This document shows positions 7,833 through 16,466 of a stretch of DNA of 57,352 nt, piece after piece (the stretch's first letter is position 1; every line of letters starts with the position of its first letter). A program made the translations under genes and the position numbers. The stretch covers positions 1 through 57,352 of IMG/VR virus record IMGVR_UViG_3300030329_004815; one strand, written 5' to 3'. Under the pieces are notes generated by a model. That model did no database searches, was not told the DNA's origin, and saw only the letters and a program-made list of their open reading frames with translations. This DNA comes from a virus. Taxonomy: Duplodnaviria; Caudoviricetes.

Positions 7833-10572
7833 CGGGGCGAACCTTTCCTCGGACAATCTTGCCGGTCTTGCTGTTTTTCCATCCTTTGCCGCCGCGAGGC
7901 CCGGTCCAACTGGACCATTCACTTTCGCTTTCAGCCGCCTCCGGACTTTGGCTTAGGTTTCCTTGGCTTGGGGGGGCTGGGGTTGCTTTTTCCACGGACT
8001 GCCATGACTTGCCTTTCTTTGGTGAGCGAGATTTTTTAGCTGCGCGTTCTTCTGGGGTTGAATAAGTCAATGCACTAAGCCTGTTTACTTCAGCGTAATC
8101 GCCACGCTTAAACGCTGCTTCAATTTGTGCCTGTAGATCATCTGGGACGCTCTGTTTAGGTGCAGCGCCCTCTAGCGGGGGTGCAGTTTCAGCAGATGCA
8201 ACTGGTGCAGCGTCAGGTTTGGGCTGAGTAGCGGCAGGCGGTTTTTGTGTCGGCTGTGGAGCAGGCTGCGGGGCAGGTTGTTGTGCCTGCTGGGGTGAGG
8301 GCTGCTGCGTAGCTGGTGCTTGCTGACTCGATGGAGGCTGCTGGCCAGATGGTGCAGGTTGCGCGGCAGTAGGCTGCCCCGGCGCGCCAGCCTGTGCCGG
8401 GAACAGTATGTCCATATACTCTCCAGAACCTAGCTTTTGCTCTGCCACCCGCTTTGCTTCTTTTATTGCTGCGTCCATTTTCAAATCTAATTGCCGCTGG
8501 CTAGGCGGGTTTTTGCCAGTCACTAGCCTTTCAAACCCGTCTCCCAGATCGGCAAATGCCTGCGTGACCGCTCCGTCGCTCCACCCCGCCTGCGCGTCCT
8601 GCTGAATCCAGTTTAAAAATCGGCCAACCTTTGAGTTCATATATTGATTGGCTTCGCCTTCAGACATCCCGCCAGCCATTAATTTCTGCTTTTTCTGAGA
8701 CTCGAACTGCTGCTCCCTAGCTTCCTTCAAGCTTGAGGGCATTTGCTTGACAGCAGCTTCGGCCTCCTGCTTATATCGCTGCGTGTTCTTTTGTTTTGTA
8801 GTTTGCGCAGAGGACTGCTGAGGCGCCGCTCCCTGCTGGCCAGAAGCAGCACTAGGAGTCTTGCCTTTATGCTCGTCTGTTGCACAAGTGTTCCCCGGCG
8901 CAAATCCTTTGCCACCCGCACTCCCGGCGCCACAGGTGTCGTTTGCGCCTTTGGCCTTAAATTCGGAAATAAGGCTTGCAAGAGATTTTTGCAATCGCTC
9001 GTTTTCTGTTTCTTCTTCTGGCTGAGAAGCCATCATCGCATCCATAATTTGATCAAGCTCGGCCATTCGGCTGGCGCTGCCACCCTGCTGCTGCTCCTGT
9101 TCTTCCCCAAAAAATTCCGGCTCCGATGGCGATTCTTCGCCTTCTTCAGCCTGCTGCTCTTGCGAGCCAAAAAACTGAGGAGGGGGGTTCGGAACTGAAT
9201 CGGTTCCGTCCATCCCCATTGCTGCCGGAGTGCCACCTTCCATACCGGGCATGGCTTCGGGTGCGGGTGCTGCACCAGCAATTTCTTCGTCTCGCTCGTC
9301 GCCAAACAGTTGCATTCCCATTCGCAATCGCAACTCGCCCTTGGTGATAGCCCCGGCCTTCATCAAGATTTCGTGTTCGCGATTTCTTTGCTCCGGCTCG
9401 TCGATTGCTTTTGCGCGATACTCAACGTAATGCCCTTCGCCGTACTGCCAAACCCAGTTTTCATTGTCTTCGTCAGCAAACAAGTTCAGGATCGGCTGAA
9501 TTGTTAAGAAGATAAACTGCTTGAGCGGAGCGTACAAAGATTCGCCGCCGGTTGCCTGCTCGATCCCCGCCGCAGTTGGCGGAACCTTGTGAAGCGCCAT
9601 AATGGCATCACGCATCTGGCTAAACCCTTCGCCGTATGCCATGTCTCTGGCAGTGCTGGTCAAAGGCGTAACCGAAACACCATCACCGCTTGTAAACATA
9701 GCGCGACCAGCACGGTCGGTTCCGCAATACTTTTGGTTAAACCTAGCCTCAGCGCCTTTCAACTCTGCGGCATCCATCTGGCCAGCAATATGAACGTGGA
9801 CCGATGGATCAGGCCCAAGCCGCATGTGGTTGGTCCTTGAAGCGTCAATGTGGTTTGCTGAGTCGGTCCATAAGGCGCCAGCAGCAACCGACGACTGGCC
9901 ATCGTCTCTGTATACAGGGTGCGGGTCCAAGATGACCTGAACATGCCTAGCGTCTAGGTTCCAGTGAAGCTTGCTCATGTGCTGCCCAGCAAAGAACCAG
10001 CCCTGCTGACCGCCCTGCCGCGCAAGCTCAGGCTTGACCTTGTAGTAGCCTTCTGGGAAATCTTTGTTTGGCTGCTTTGGCTCTACAATTGCAGTTGGAA
10101 TAATGTACCTTCGAACAACCTTGCCGTAGGTGTTGGTCATGTTCCATATCAAAACCTTGCCGGTAAGTTTTAGCTGCAAGGCCATTTCAAATCGGAACGA
10201 CGATCCAGACTGCTGAGGGTTTGGTCTTTTTAGAAATTTCAAAAGAGGACTGTCTTTCGGGACGGGCCGCCCCTGATCGTCCTTGTCGTTGTACATCGAC
10301 TTCATTACCGAGCCGACAGCCTCCTCCTCCGTGTAAGCATAGCAAGCAGCTTGACCGCACTGCGTAGCAATCGCATGGATAGCAACGTAGTTCCAGCCGG
10401 TGTACATTTCCACTTCTTTGCGGTGGTCACTTGAATATCCACCGCCCGACTGCTGGAGGCTTTGCTCTAGCTGGTAATCATTGCTAACCTTGAAGTCGGC
10501 TGGCACCCTGCTTCGCGAGGCATTCTTATCACTTGCAGCCATCGCTTTGATAATTTCGGCTTGTGTTGGCAT
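7798..10572 (-). CDS. Portal protein with a long low-complexity C-terminal extension
   Basis: FLKRPNPQQSG, LKLTGKVLIW, IMALHKVPP and GAITKGELR HK97-portal motifs in about the first 430 aa. The E/Q/P-rich tail contains CGAGSAGGKGFAPGNTCA. Confidence 0.88.
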   Translation of the reverse strand: MPTQAEIIKAMAASDKNASRSRVPADFKVSNDYQLEQSLQQSGGGYSSDHRKEVEMYTGWNYVAIHAIATQCGQAACYAYTEEEAVGSVMKSMYNDKDDQGRPVPKDSPLLKFLKRPNPQQSGSSFRFEMALQLKLTGKVLIWNMTNTYGKVVRRYIIPTAIVEPKQPNKDFPEGYYKVKPELARQGGQQGWFFAGQHMSKLHWNLDARHVQVILDPHPVYRDDGQSSVAAGALWTDSANHIDASRTNHMRLGPDPSVHVHIAGQMDAAELKGAEARFNQKYCGTDRAGRAMFTSGDGVSVTPLTSTARDMAYGEGFSQMRDAIMALHKVPPTAAGIEQATGGESLYAPLKQFIFLTIQPILNLFADEDNENWVWQYGEGHYVEYRAKAIDEPEQRNREHEILMKAGAITKGELRLRMGMQLFGDERDEEIAGAAPAPEAMPGMEGGTPAAMGMDGTDSVPNPPPQFFGSQEQQAEEGEESPSEPEFFGEEQEQQQGGSASRMAELDQIMDAMMASQPEEETENERLQKSLASLISEFKAKGANDTCGAGSAGGKGFAPGNTCATDEHKGKTPSAASGQQGAAPQQSSAQTTKQKNTQRYKQEAEAAVKQMPSSLKEAREQQFESQKKQKLMAGGMSEGEANQYMNSKVGRFLNWIQQDAQAGWSDGAVTQAFADLGDGFERLVTGKNPPSQRQLDLKMDAAIKEAKRVAEQKLGSGEYMDILFPAQAGAPGQPTAAQPAPSGQQPPSSQQAPATQQPSPQQAQQPAPQPAPQPTQKPPAATQPKPDAAPVASAETAPPLEGAAPKQSVPDDLQAQIEAAFKRGDYAEVNRLSALTYSTPEERAAKKSRSPKKGKSWQSVEKATPAPPSQGNLSQSPEAAESESEWSSWTGPRGGKGWKNSKTGKIVRGKVRPDERRPGGRRAT

Positions 10573-10729
10573 TATAAAACCCGACCAAAAAATTGTTTGT
10601 CAGACCGTTTTTGCGAAAACAACGGTATTACGCAAGTTCAGTTGCTAAAGCCATCGACAGCCTACACGGTGAAATTGTAACCTAGCAAAATCTTATCCTG
10701 ATACTTTAAAAAGGTGAAGTTGTCTTTGT

Positions 10730-11095
10730 ATGTTTGCTTTCAAACCACAGCGGGACTATATCGGATGGTCGTTCAGCGACAAGAAACTAAACATCCACAA
10801 AACAGAGTTTGACTCATCGGCTGACCGCATATTTGACGGCATTTCCCAGTGGCTAGGGCATGACGAGTTTTTTATACGTTTTTCGGATGTAGAATTCGAA
10901 AGAGACAAGGGCCGAAAATTTAACCTCAAATGGCTTTTTGAGGACTCAGAAGGAAACTCTTACCTGAGCTACGGGCATACAGGAGAATCCAAAGCAGAGG
11001 GACACATTATCTGGCTTCCTAATGCTTTTCTTGATTTTATCTACCCGGCACCCAAAAACCTTTACATGGAATGGGTCGACGTTTCAGACGTGTAG
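10730..11095 (+). CDS. Divergent DUF6717-like protein
   Basis: WSFSD...EF..SADRIFD...IRFS...IWL.....F..PAPKNLY parallels the protein at 12777-13127. Confidence 0.55.
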   Translation: MFAFKPQRDYIGWSFSDKKLNIHKTEFDSSADRIFDGISQWLGHDEFFIRFSDVEFERDKGRKFNLKWLFEDSEGNSYLSYGHTGESKAEGHIIWLPNAFLDFIYPAPKNLYMEWVDVSDV

Positions 11096-11099
11096 CGCA

Positions 11100-11137
11100 T
11101 AAAAAAAGAAGGGGCGGGCGGTTAAGCCTGCCCCTTC
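11100..11137 (-). terminator. Terminator ending the early leftward transcript
   Basis: GAAGGGGCAGGC/GCCCGCCCCTTC hairpin plus T run on the minus strand. Confidence 0.7.
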
Positions 11138-11219
11138 GGTGTACGGCAGCGGAGTCGCGTAGCTAATGCTAAGGAGGATGGCGACTCCGCCCCGGAAAGG
11201 ATGCGTTGCCGTGTTTTAA

Positions 11220-11537
11220 CTACTTGCCGGAATCTGGTGAAGGCCACTTTTCTATTGGCTCTGGCATCAAGCAGTCCCTAGCGTCTACCAGTTCGACGCT
11301 CAAAATTCCATCTAAAGCAAAATTTCGCATCTGCTCCCGCCCAAGGCATAGCGCCTGTAGGTTCGCTTTGTAATATCTTACGGGCGAAACGATGCGATTT
11401 GTGGTTTTGTTGTCAGAGCGAATGTAGGTAATTCGAATGGCCCAGCGATCCGGGTCTTCGATTGCGCGGGCTATTTTTATCGTGTCGTCTGCCGACAGCC
11501 TGCCCCTCGATCCTCCGCCCACTCCTTCAAGCCCCAT
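11220..11537 (-). CDS. Stand-alone WYL-domain protein
   Basis: IRITY...TNRIVSPVRY...LQALCLGREQMRNFALDGI. Confidence 0.8.
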   Translation of the reverse strand: MGLEGVGGGSRGRLSADDTIKIARAIEDPDRWAIRITYIRSDNKTTNRIVSPVRYYKANLQALCLGREQMRNFALDGILSVELVDARDCLMPEPIEKWPSPDSGK

Positions 11538-11761
11538 GTAATCTGGTAGGATTTGTCATGACCAACATCGACAAACATTCTACCAGAATTCTGGTCCGAA
11601 TTAGGCTCCGTCCGGAACCAACAGTCTTTTACCGGGAAAGACGCCCCCAGAACGAAAAAACGATCCTTGGTCATCTCTACCTCGCCGATGCTCATCCACA
11701 CCGGCTCCCTGATACTCGTGACGACAGCCTTTTGCTTAGGCAATCTCATCAGCATCTCCAT
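11477..11761 (-). CDS. Hypothetical protein, paralog of 11839-12031
   Basis: Shares the SGRxxxDVGxxxSxQIxW motif. Confidence 0.6.
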   Translation of the reverse strand: MEMLMRLPKQKAVVTSIREPVWMSIGEVEMTKDRFFVLGASFPVKDCWFRTEPNSDQNSGRMFVDVGHDKSYQITWGLKEWAEDRGAGCRQTTR

Positions 11762-11802
11762 CTAATCAATAAACAGTATTGGCGAGCTAGTCGCCCGTCG
11801 TA

Positions 11803-11831
11803 TTTATATCATAGCGTGGGAGCCAGTGCAA
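11803..11831 (-). promoter_or_regulatory. Sigma70-like promoter
   Basis: TTGCAC-N17-TATAAA with extended TG, in an intergenic gap. Confidence 0.55.
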
Positions 11832-11838
11832 ACCAGCT

Positions 11839-12031
11839 TTATCTCCAGCTAATCTGGAAGGAATGCTCGCTTCCAACATCAAGGTAAAACCTGCCGCTGG
11901 CCTCAGTTGACCCGTCCTCAAATACGATTTTGCAATCGCTCCGGTCAAACACCTTTCGACCAACCTTTACCCTATTTTCGTCCAGCGACACCTTGGCCTG
12001 ATATAGCCTCGGCGTTCGAGTGTCCGCCACC
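11839..12031 (-). CDS. Hypothetical protein, paralog of 11477-11761 (start approximate)
   Basis: MVADTRTP...SGRFYLDVGSEHSFQISWR. Confidence 0.5.
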
Positions 12032-12256
12032 ATCGCCTTCCTTGGGCTTAATTTGTTTAAGCTCATTTTGCAACTCCTTTATTTGCTTGGCAACAGTCTT
12101 TGCCCACTCCCTCATCTTTAAAACGTCATTGGACAACTTGGCGATGCTGGATGAGTTAAGCTTCGCCTCCTTCTCTATTTCATCAATCCTGCCTTGCATA
12201 GCCTTGGCTTTTGACTGCCAATACTCCACGCGCAAACTGCTGTCAACATTTCGCAT
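11972..12256 (-). CDS. Small coiled-coil protein
   Basis: Heptad pattern; GGAGG upstream. Confidence 0.55.
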   Translation of the reverse strand: MRNVDSSLRVEYWQSKAKAMQGRIDEIEKEAKLNSSSIAKLSNDVLKMREWAKTVAKQIKELQNELKQIKPKEGDGGGHSNAEAISGQGVAGRK

Positions 12257-12497
12257 TTTTCAAGTCCTCCAAAATGTAATTAACGCACTCTTCCACTTCG
12301 TCGACAAAATCAGAAAGCTCTCCATCGACTTCGAGGTGAATCTCCTTGCGAGAAATTACGCCGCACTGCAACTGGCGAACAATGTCCCTCGCCTTCTCCT
12401 CGATCTTGTCGAGCATGTGGTCAACATTAGGTTCTTGCCGGCAGCACGGACAAACGCCCCTCGATCCTTCGCATATCACGCAACGACTCATAGCCAT
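12243..12497 (-). CDS. Small CxxC/CPCC protein
   Basis: CVICEGSRGVCPCC followed by an acidic helix; GGAG RBS. Confidence 0.5.
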   Translation of the reverse strand: MAMSRCVICEGSRGVCPCCRQEPNVDHMLDKIEEKARDIVRQLQCGVISRKEIHLEVDGELSDFVDEVEECVNYILEDLKNAKC

Positions 12498-12774
12498 ACT
12501 CCTCCAAACAGTCATAATACATGGCGTGAGGCGCAAGCTCTTGCGCCAGCTCCTCAAAAGAAGAAGCCGCCTTAAAAATATCCCTGCCTAGACGCTCTTC
12601 GGCAAGGTCTAAGTAATTGCTGTGCTGCAAGACAGCAAGCGCCCTTCGCGGATGAGTAACAAACCGGTGAGACTCTACCTCTTTAAAAATAAAGTCAGAC
12701 CTCTCCGGCCTTGGCACATTCTTCGCTGCGTCGGCAATCTGCTCGCAAGCATTTTTATAGTCGTGATAAAACAT
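12427..12774 (-). CDS. Helical early protein, possibly Ocr-fold related
   Basis: Start at MFYHDY. The pattern D.I.KEVE.H.FV....AL.VL..S...LA..AMY.D loosely resembles Ocr-like families. Confidence 0.45.
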   Translation of the reverse strand: MFYHDYKNACEQIADAAKNVPRPERSDFIFKEVESHRFVTHPRRALAVLQHSNYLDLAEERLGRDIFKAASSFEELAQELAPHAMYYDCLEEYGYESLRDMRRIEGRLSVLPART

Positions 12775-12776
12775 GG

Positions 12777-13127
12777 TCACTCCCCCCTTGATGATGCTTT
12801 GGCGTAAATCGTTTCCGGCGCCGTCTCGTAGTACAGGAACATCGCCGGGCAAAGCCATCCCTCCATGCCAAGCTGCTTGCTGTAGTACCACCAGCCGTCA
12901 GCCTCTTCTCGCTTTCGATCTAAACGCACGGAGTAGCCGGGAAAAGGGTACTGGCTAAAGATTAAGTTAAACCCGTCGGCAGGATCGTCCAGCGAACTTA
13001 CCATTTCGTCGATAATCTTGTCGGCGCCAGAAACAAACGGCTCTTTAACCAGCCCTGTAGTTTCGTCGTCAAACACCCACATCTCGTTGTACTTGTATGG
13101 GCTAATTACTTTTATTGCATTGTTCAT
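12777..13127 (-). CDS. DUF6717-family protein
   Basis: ISPYKY..MWVFDD...GLVKEPFVSGAD...FSQYPFPGY...EGWLCPAMF.YY..APE.IY. Confidence 0.75.
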   Translation of the reverse strand: MNNAIKVISPYKYNEMWVFDDETTGLVKEPFVSGADKIIDEMVSSLDDPADGFNLIFSQYPFPGYSVRLDRKREEADGWWYYSKQLGMEGWLCPAMFLYYETAPETIYAKASSRGE

Positions 13128-13537
13128 GCTACTTCCTCCTCTTTTAGTATGAATAGATTTGCAACCTTCTCTAAAGCGTACCACGCTAAAGCGTTCAGCA
13201 CCAAGGTTGTTACATCGTCCTTGTGGTCGATAAAGGCTGCCGACGGCGACCAGAGAACCCTGTTGATATCATCGTCGGACAGCCCCTGATTTTCGAGGCA
13301 ACTAAAGCCCGCGACCATTGAAGCTGCGGACCTTAGCCCGAACTCGCTTGCTTCATCAATCAAGCACTCCCTGATCTCGTCGATATGAAGCATGGCAAAC
13401 GGCACCGTGTCTGCATAGTATGTAAATCCAGAGAAGCCACCGTCTGCACCGTGTTCAGAAACGTCGCGCAGCGTTTGATCAGCGCAGCTTGAATCACTTG
13501 AAAGATTTTCCCTCACTGCTTTGATCAATTTGTCCAT
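13124..13537 (-). CDS. Acidic conserved phage early protein
   Basis: HGADGGFSGFTYYADT..F...H..EI...NALAWYALE motif; GGAGG RBS. Confidence 0.7.
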   Translation of the reverse strand: MDKLIKAVRENLSSDSSCADQTLRDVSEHGADGGFSGFTYYADTVPFAMLHIDEIRECLIDEASEFGLRSAASMVAGFSCLENQGLSDDDINRVLWSPSAAFIDHKDDVTTLVLNALAWYALEKVANLFILKEEEVA

Positions 13538-13738
13538 AACATCCTCCGTTGTCCTTTCGTGTTAAAAAAACAGCCGGCGGGGGGTTAATGAAGCAACCCG
13601 TGTCCCCACCGACTGATAAGGAGAACCGCTGCCTCTGCCTAACGACTAAAAAGGAAACAGCGGGTTGCCCGACTAAACGAGCAGGGCGGCGATTACTAAG
13701 CCTCGACCGCTTGGCGCTTTTTGCGAACTACCTCGATT

Positions 13739-13954
13739 TCATGAAACTCCATCGTTCGCTCCTTCCGTGTTGGTTAGTGTTGCGTGCTGCATCTGGAGCA
13801 GCCTCTTTTGAATCCACGACAAAGGCATCCTGTCGTCCTTGGGGCCAGGAATTGCTCTTACAATCGCCCACAATTCACTTTTCATCATTGGGACTAAATA
13901 TGTTTCTGCCATCTCTGTTTTTCTGACTTCGACCAATTCATTTTCATCGTTCAT
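13739..13954 (-). CDS. Hypothetical protein
   Basis: ATG at 13954 behind GGAGGA. Confidence 0.55.
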   Translation of the reverse strand: MNDENELVEVRKTEMAETYLVPMMKSELWAIVRAIPGPKDDRMPLSWIQKRLLQMQHATLTNTEGANDGVS

Positions 13955-14008
13955 CGCTTGATCCTCCATTGTTTAAAAGAAAAGGGGCGGTTGCCCGCCC
14001 CACGGCTA

Positions 14009-14917
14009 CTATGCTGCCATAGCAATCTGCTCGGCCTTCTTGACTGCCGAGTTAGACGCAGCACGAATGATGCGCTCAAAGCGACCTGACGGAACTTGCA
14101 TGTCACCGCCTGCTCCACGCCACCCCATGTCATGCTGGACATAGCCTTGGACAGCGTTGTAAGCTTCCCACGCCGACACAACAAAGTCGTCGCCCATTGG
14201 TCCACGGCCAGTGGTGTAGCGCTCACGCTGGACTCGCCGGAAGATAGCTTCCGTTCGAGAAGTGTGATGCTTGCGAGATCGGCTTGAAGCGTTCTCGTCG
14301 ACCTCGCCGTAGACGCTGCGCAAGAAGTCAGCAAGTTGCACCTCTCGGTTTTGCAGGTTCATGATGACGCCGCGCAAGTTTGTCCAGCCATACTTTAGCT
14401 GGTTGAACTGGCCAAGCAGGTCATCCATGTGGCATCGCAGCCCGGACGTGTGCCGAATGGACACCGATGTACCTTCAACCTGATTCATCATCGCCAAGTT
14501 GCGACACGCATCTCGGTAGTAGCCCATCGAAGCCTTGAACGCTGTGCCGTCGTAGCCAGCCTTAATCATGACTCGCGGCCAAACATTATCCTTGTCGCCA
14601 TAAACAGCCAGCCGGTTCTCCTTGGTCGGCTGGATAGTGACGTAGTGGCCGTCGCGGAAAAGACACTGAACGTCAATCTCGCCGTCGAACGCATTTGCAG
14701 CAGCGTCGACTAAGGCACAAACGTCGTCGGTGGTGTGCGGTACATACCGACTAGACACCGAGCCAGAGCCTACCGCCGACATGCTGTCGGATCGGAACAG
14801 CCCGTAGAACGGGGTCTTCATGTTTTCCGGACCAGTCAAAGGAAACTTGTCAATTGAAAAGTCAAAAGCCTTGCGAACTTTATCAACGGCATCGGTAGAT
14901 GTAGTAATCATAGTCAT
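14009..14917 (-). CDS. DUF932/DUF945-family protein
   Basis: GLFRSD...VG..SVSSRYVP, YYRDACRNLAM, IRHT and SAWEAYNAVQGYVQH motifs. Confidence 0.8.
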   Translation of the reverse strand: MTMITTSTDAVDKVRKAFDFSIDKFPLTGPENMKTPFYGLFRSDSMSAVGSGSVSSRYVPHTTDDVCALVDAAANAFDGEIDVQCLFRDGHYVTIQPTKENRLAVYGDKDNVWPRVMIKAGYDGTAFKASMGYYRDACRNLAMMNQVEGTSVSIRHTSGLRCHMDDLLGQFNQLKYGWTNLRGVIMNLQNREVQLADFLRSVYGEVDENASSRSRKHHTSRTEAIFRRVQRERYTTGRGPMGDDFVVSAWEAYNAVQGYVQHDMGWRGAGGDMQVPSGRFERIIRAASNSAVKKAEQIAMAA

Positions 14918-14938
14918 CCTTTCAAAGAAACAAAAATA

Positions 14939-15400
14939 GGTAGCGAGCGGTTGCTCACTACTGAACCTCGATCCTCACAGCATGCCGGGACTCACTGGAA
15001 TCAAACCAGTGCAACCCAAGCTGCCGAGCCGTGGTGCCTGCGTAAGCACAAGGACTCGACTGACGCACAAGGGGTGGTTCAACCGCCCCGGCATACTGTG
15101 AGGTTTACCGCCCTAGTTCTTAGCGGCTCGCGGGAACCCATCTTGCTGATGCCTAGCGAGCATTGCGTTTAAGGCTGTCTGTTGCCACGGCCCCTTGGCC
15201 GACCAATGCCCCCGGCTTATCCGCCGGTAGGTCAGGACTCGCATCAGCGAACTCCCGCTTTAGCGCCGGGCCTTGTTATCTCCGCCAGCCCCTTTTAACG
15301 AACTGGCTTCCTCCGGTCGCTGCTTTTCAAATTGTCAAAGATCATGCCCGTTTCTGGGCGAGCCGTTGCCGGCAAGCCGGTCACAACTCACTGAGTTGTT
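14939..15400 (-). ncRNA. Candidate structured non-coding RNA / long leader
   Basis: No credible ORF. Long-range stems 14973-14989/15086-15103 and 15130-15152/15241-15258 enclose internal hairpins. Confidence 0.5.
15325..15343 (-). promoter_or_regulatory. boxA-like antitermination element 1
   Basis: GATCTTTGACAATTTGAAA, preceded by a GCCCA-GAAA-CGGGC hairpin. Confidence 0.55.
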
Positions 15401-15484
15401 CGCTTACGATAGTCGAATATTGGCTAAATTTCAGCAAGATTTTCTAACTATTATGTAAATACTTGCCAGCAAACGACTTGCGAC
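15382..15484 (-). promoter_or_regulatory. Early promoter region, copy 1
   Basis: Colinear similarity with 17785-17889. Confidence 0.6.
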
Positions 15485-15536
15485 GTGAACAAATTTGCGT
15501 AAAGAAAGGGGCGGTTTCCCGCCCCCGTCAGTTGCA

Positions 15537-15935
15537 TTACGGCTGAACGCCGTGATCTAGGTATTCAATAATCTCAAGGCAACGATCATAGACCTGTTCC
15601 CATGAGTAGCAGAAGTGGTTGTTATCCCACGGGTCTTCTACGACAGTCACCGTAGGCCCGCCAACTTCAGGACAATGAAGTCGGTCATCACTGACATACC
15701 ACACGTCCGTCACACCAACTTCGAGCATCGTCGGGTCTTTTTCTACGTGTAGTTTTGGGTGCTTTCGGCGCAGAGCGGACACCTTTCCCGCAAACGATCT
15801 TTGTCTTCGCTTTTCTTTTTCGTCTTGTTCGAGTTTCTCAATTTGCGCGAGCAACTCCTCGTTTTTGGCAATGTCTTTCTTGATCCTTGCGCAAACCTGT
15901 TCTTGCCTCTGCTTAATCATATCAATCTTATTCAT
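15537..15935 (-). CDS. Hypothetical early protein (coiled coil + acidic domain)
   Basis: Flanked by the intergenic repeat; AAGGA RBS. Confidence 0.7.
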   Translation of the reverse strand: MNKIDMIKQRQEQVCARIKKDIAKNEELLAQIEKLEQDEKEKRRQRSFAGKVSALRRKHPKLHVEKDPTMLEVGVTDVWYVSDDRLHCPEVGGPTVTVVEDPWDNNHFCYSWEQVYDRCLEIIEYLDHGVQP

Positions 15936-15983
15936 CGTTCATCCTTTCGTGTAAAAGAAAGGGCGGTTTCCCGCCCCCGGTTA

Positions 15984-16418
15984 TTAGGTGGCCTTTATGC
16001 TAGCGGCTCCATATCGAAGCCCCCGAAGAAACGCTTTGCAACTGTCCAAGCAGCCGGGAAGAAGGTACGGCTTGTCGTAAAACTCGTGGTCAACATGCTT
16101 TCGTGTGAACGCATGAAATTCAAAGCCATACACGTATTCTCCATCGACCATTGGAATTTTTGTCTCTCCCGGCTTACCATTAATGATCATCCAATCAGGA
16201 ACATCTGGAATCCATAGGCCCTTGTCCTTACAAAATTCTCCAAGGAAATTTCTAATAGTCAATAAATTTCTTGGACGAAGCTTCTGCGGAAGCCGAACAA
16301 CCAGCCGCTCGATTGCCGGGTTTTCTTCAAGATAGCCCTCGGTAAATTCAACAGGACAAAAGAAGCTTGATGTCGGTGCGCGGTTCGTAACCTTCTCAGA
16401 CTCTACAAATTCTTTCAT
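15984..16418 (-). CDS. Hypothetical early protein
   Basis: Flanked by the intergenic repeat; GAGGA RBS. Confidence 0.7.
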   Translation of the reverse strand: MKEFVESEKVTNRAPTSSFFCPVEFTEGYLEENPAIERLVVRLPQKLRPRNLLTIRNFLGEFCKDKGLWIPDVPDWMIINGKPGETKIPMVDGEYVYGFEFHAFTRKHVDHEFYDKPYLLPGCLDSCKAFLRGLRYGAASIKAT

Positions 16419-16466
16419 AACTTATCCTCTCGTGTAAAAGAAAAGGGTGGTTGCCCACCCCCGTAA

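Noticed and set aside
14973-15103. Canonical tRNA or tmRNA
   Set aside because: The T-loop is TTTGATT, the acceptor pairing is only partial, and there is no proper D or anticodon arm, no CCA and no tag ORF. Kept only as a tRNA-like ncRNA candidate.
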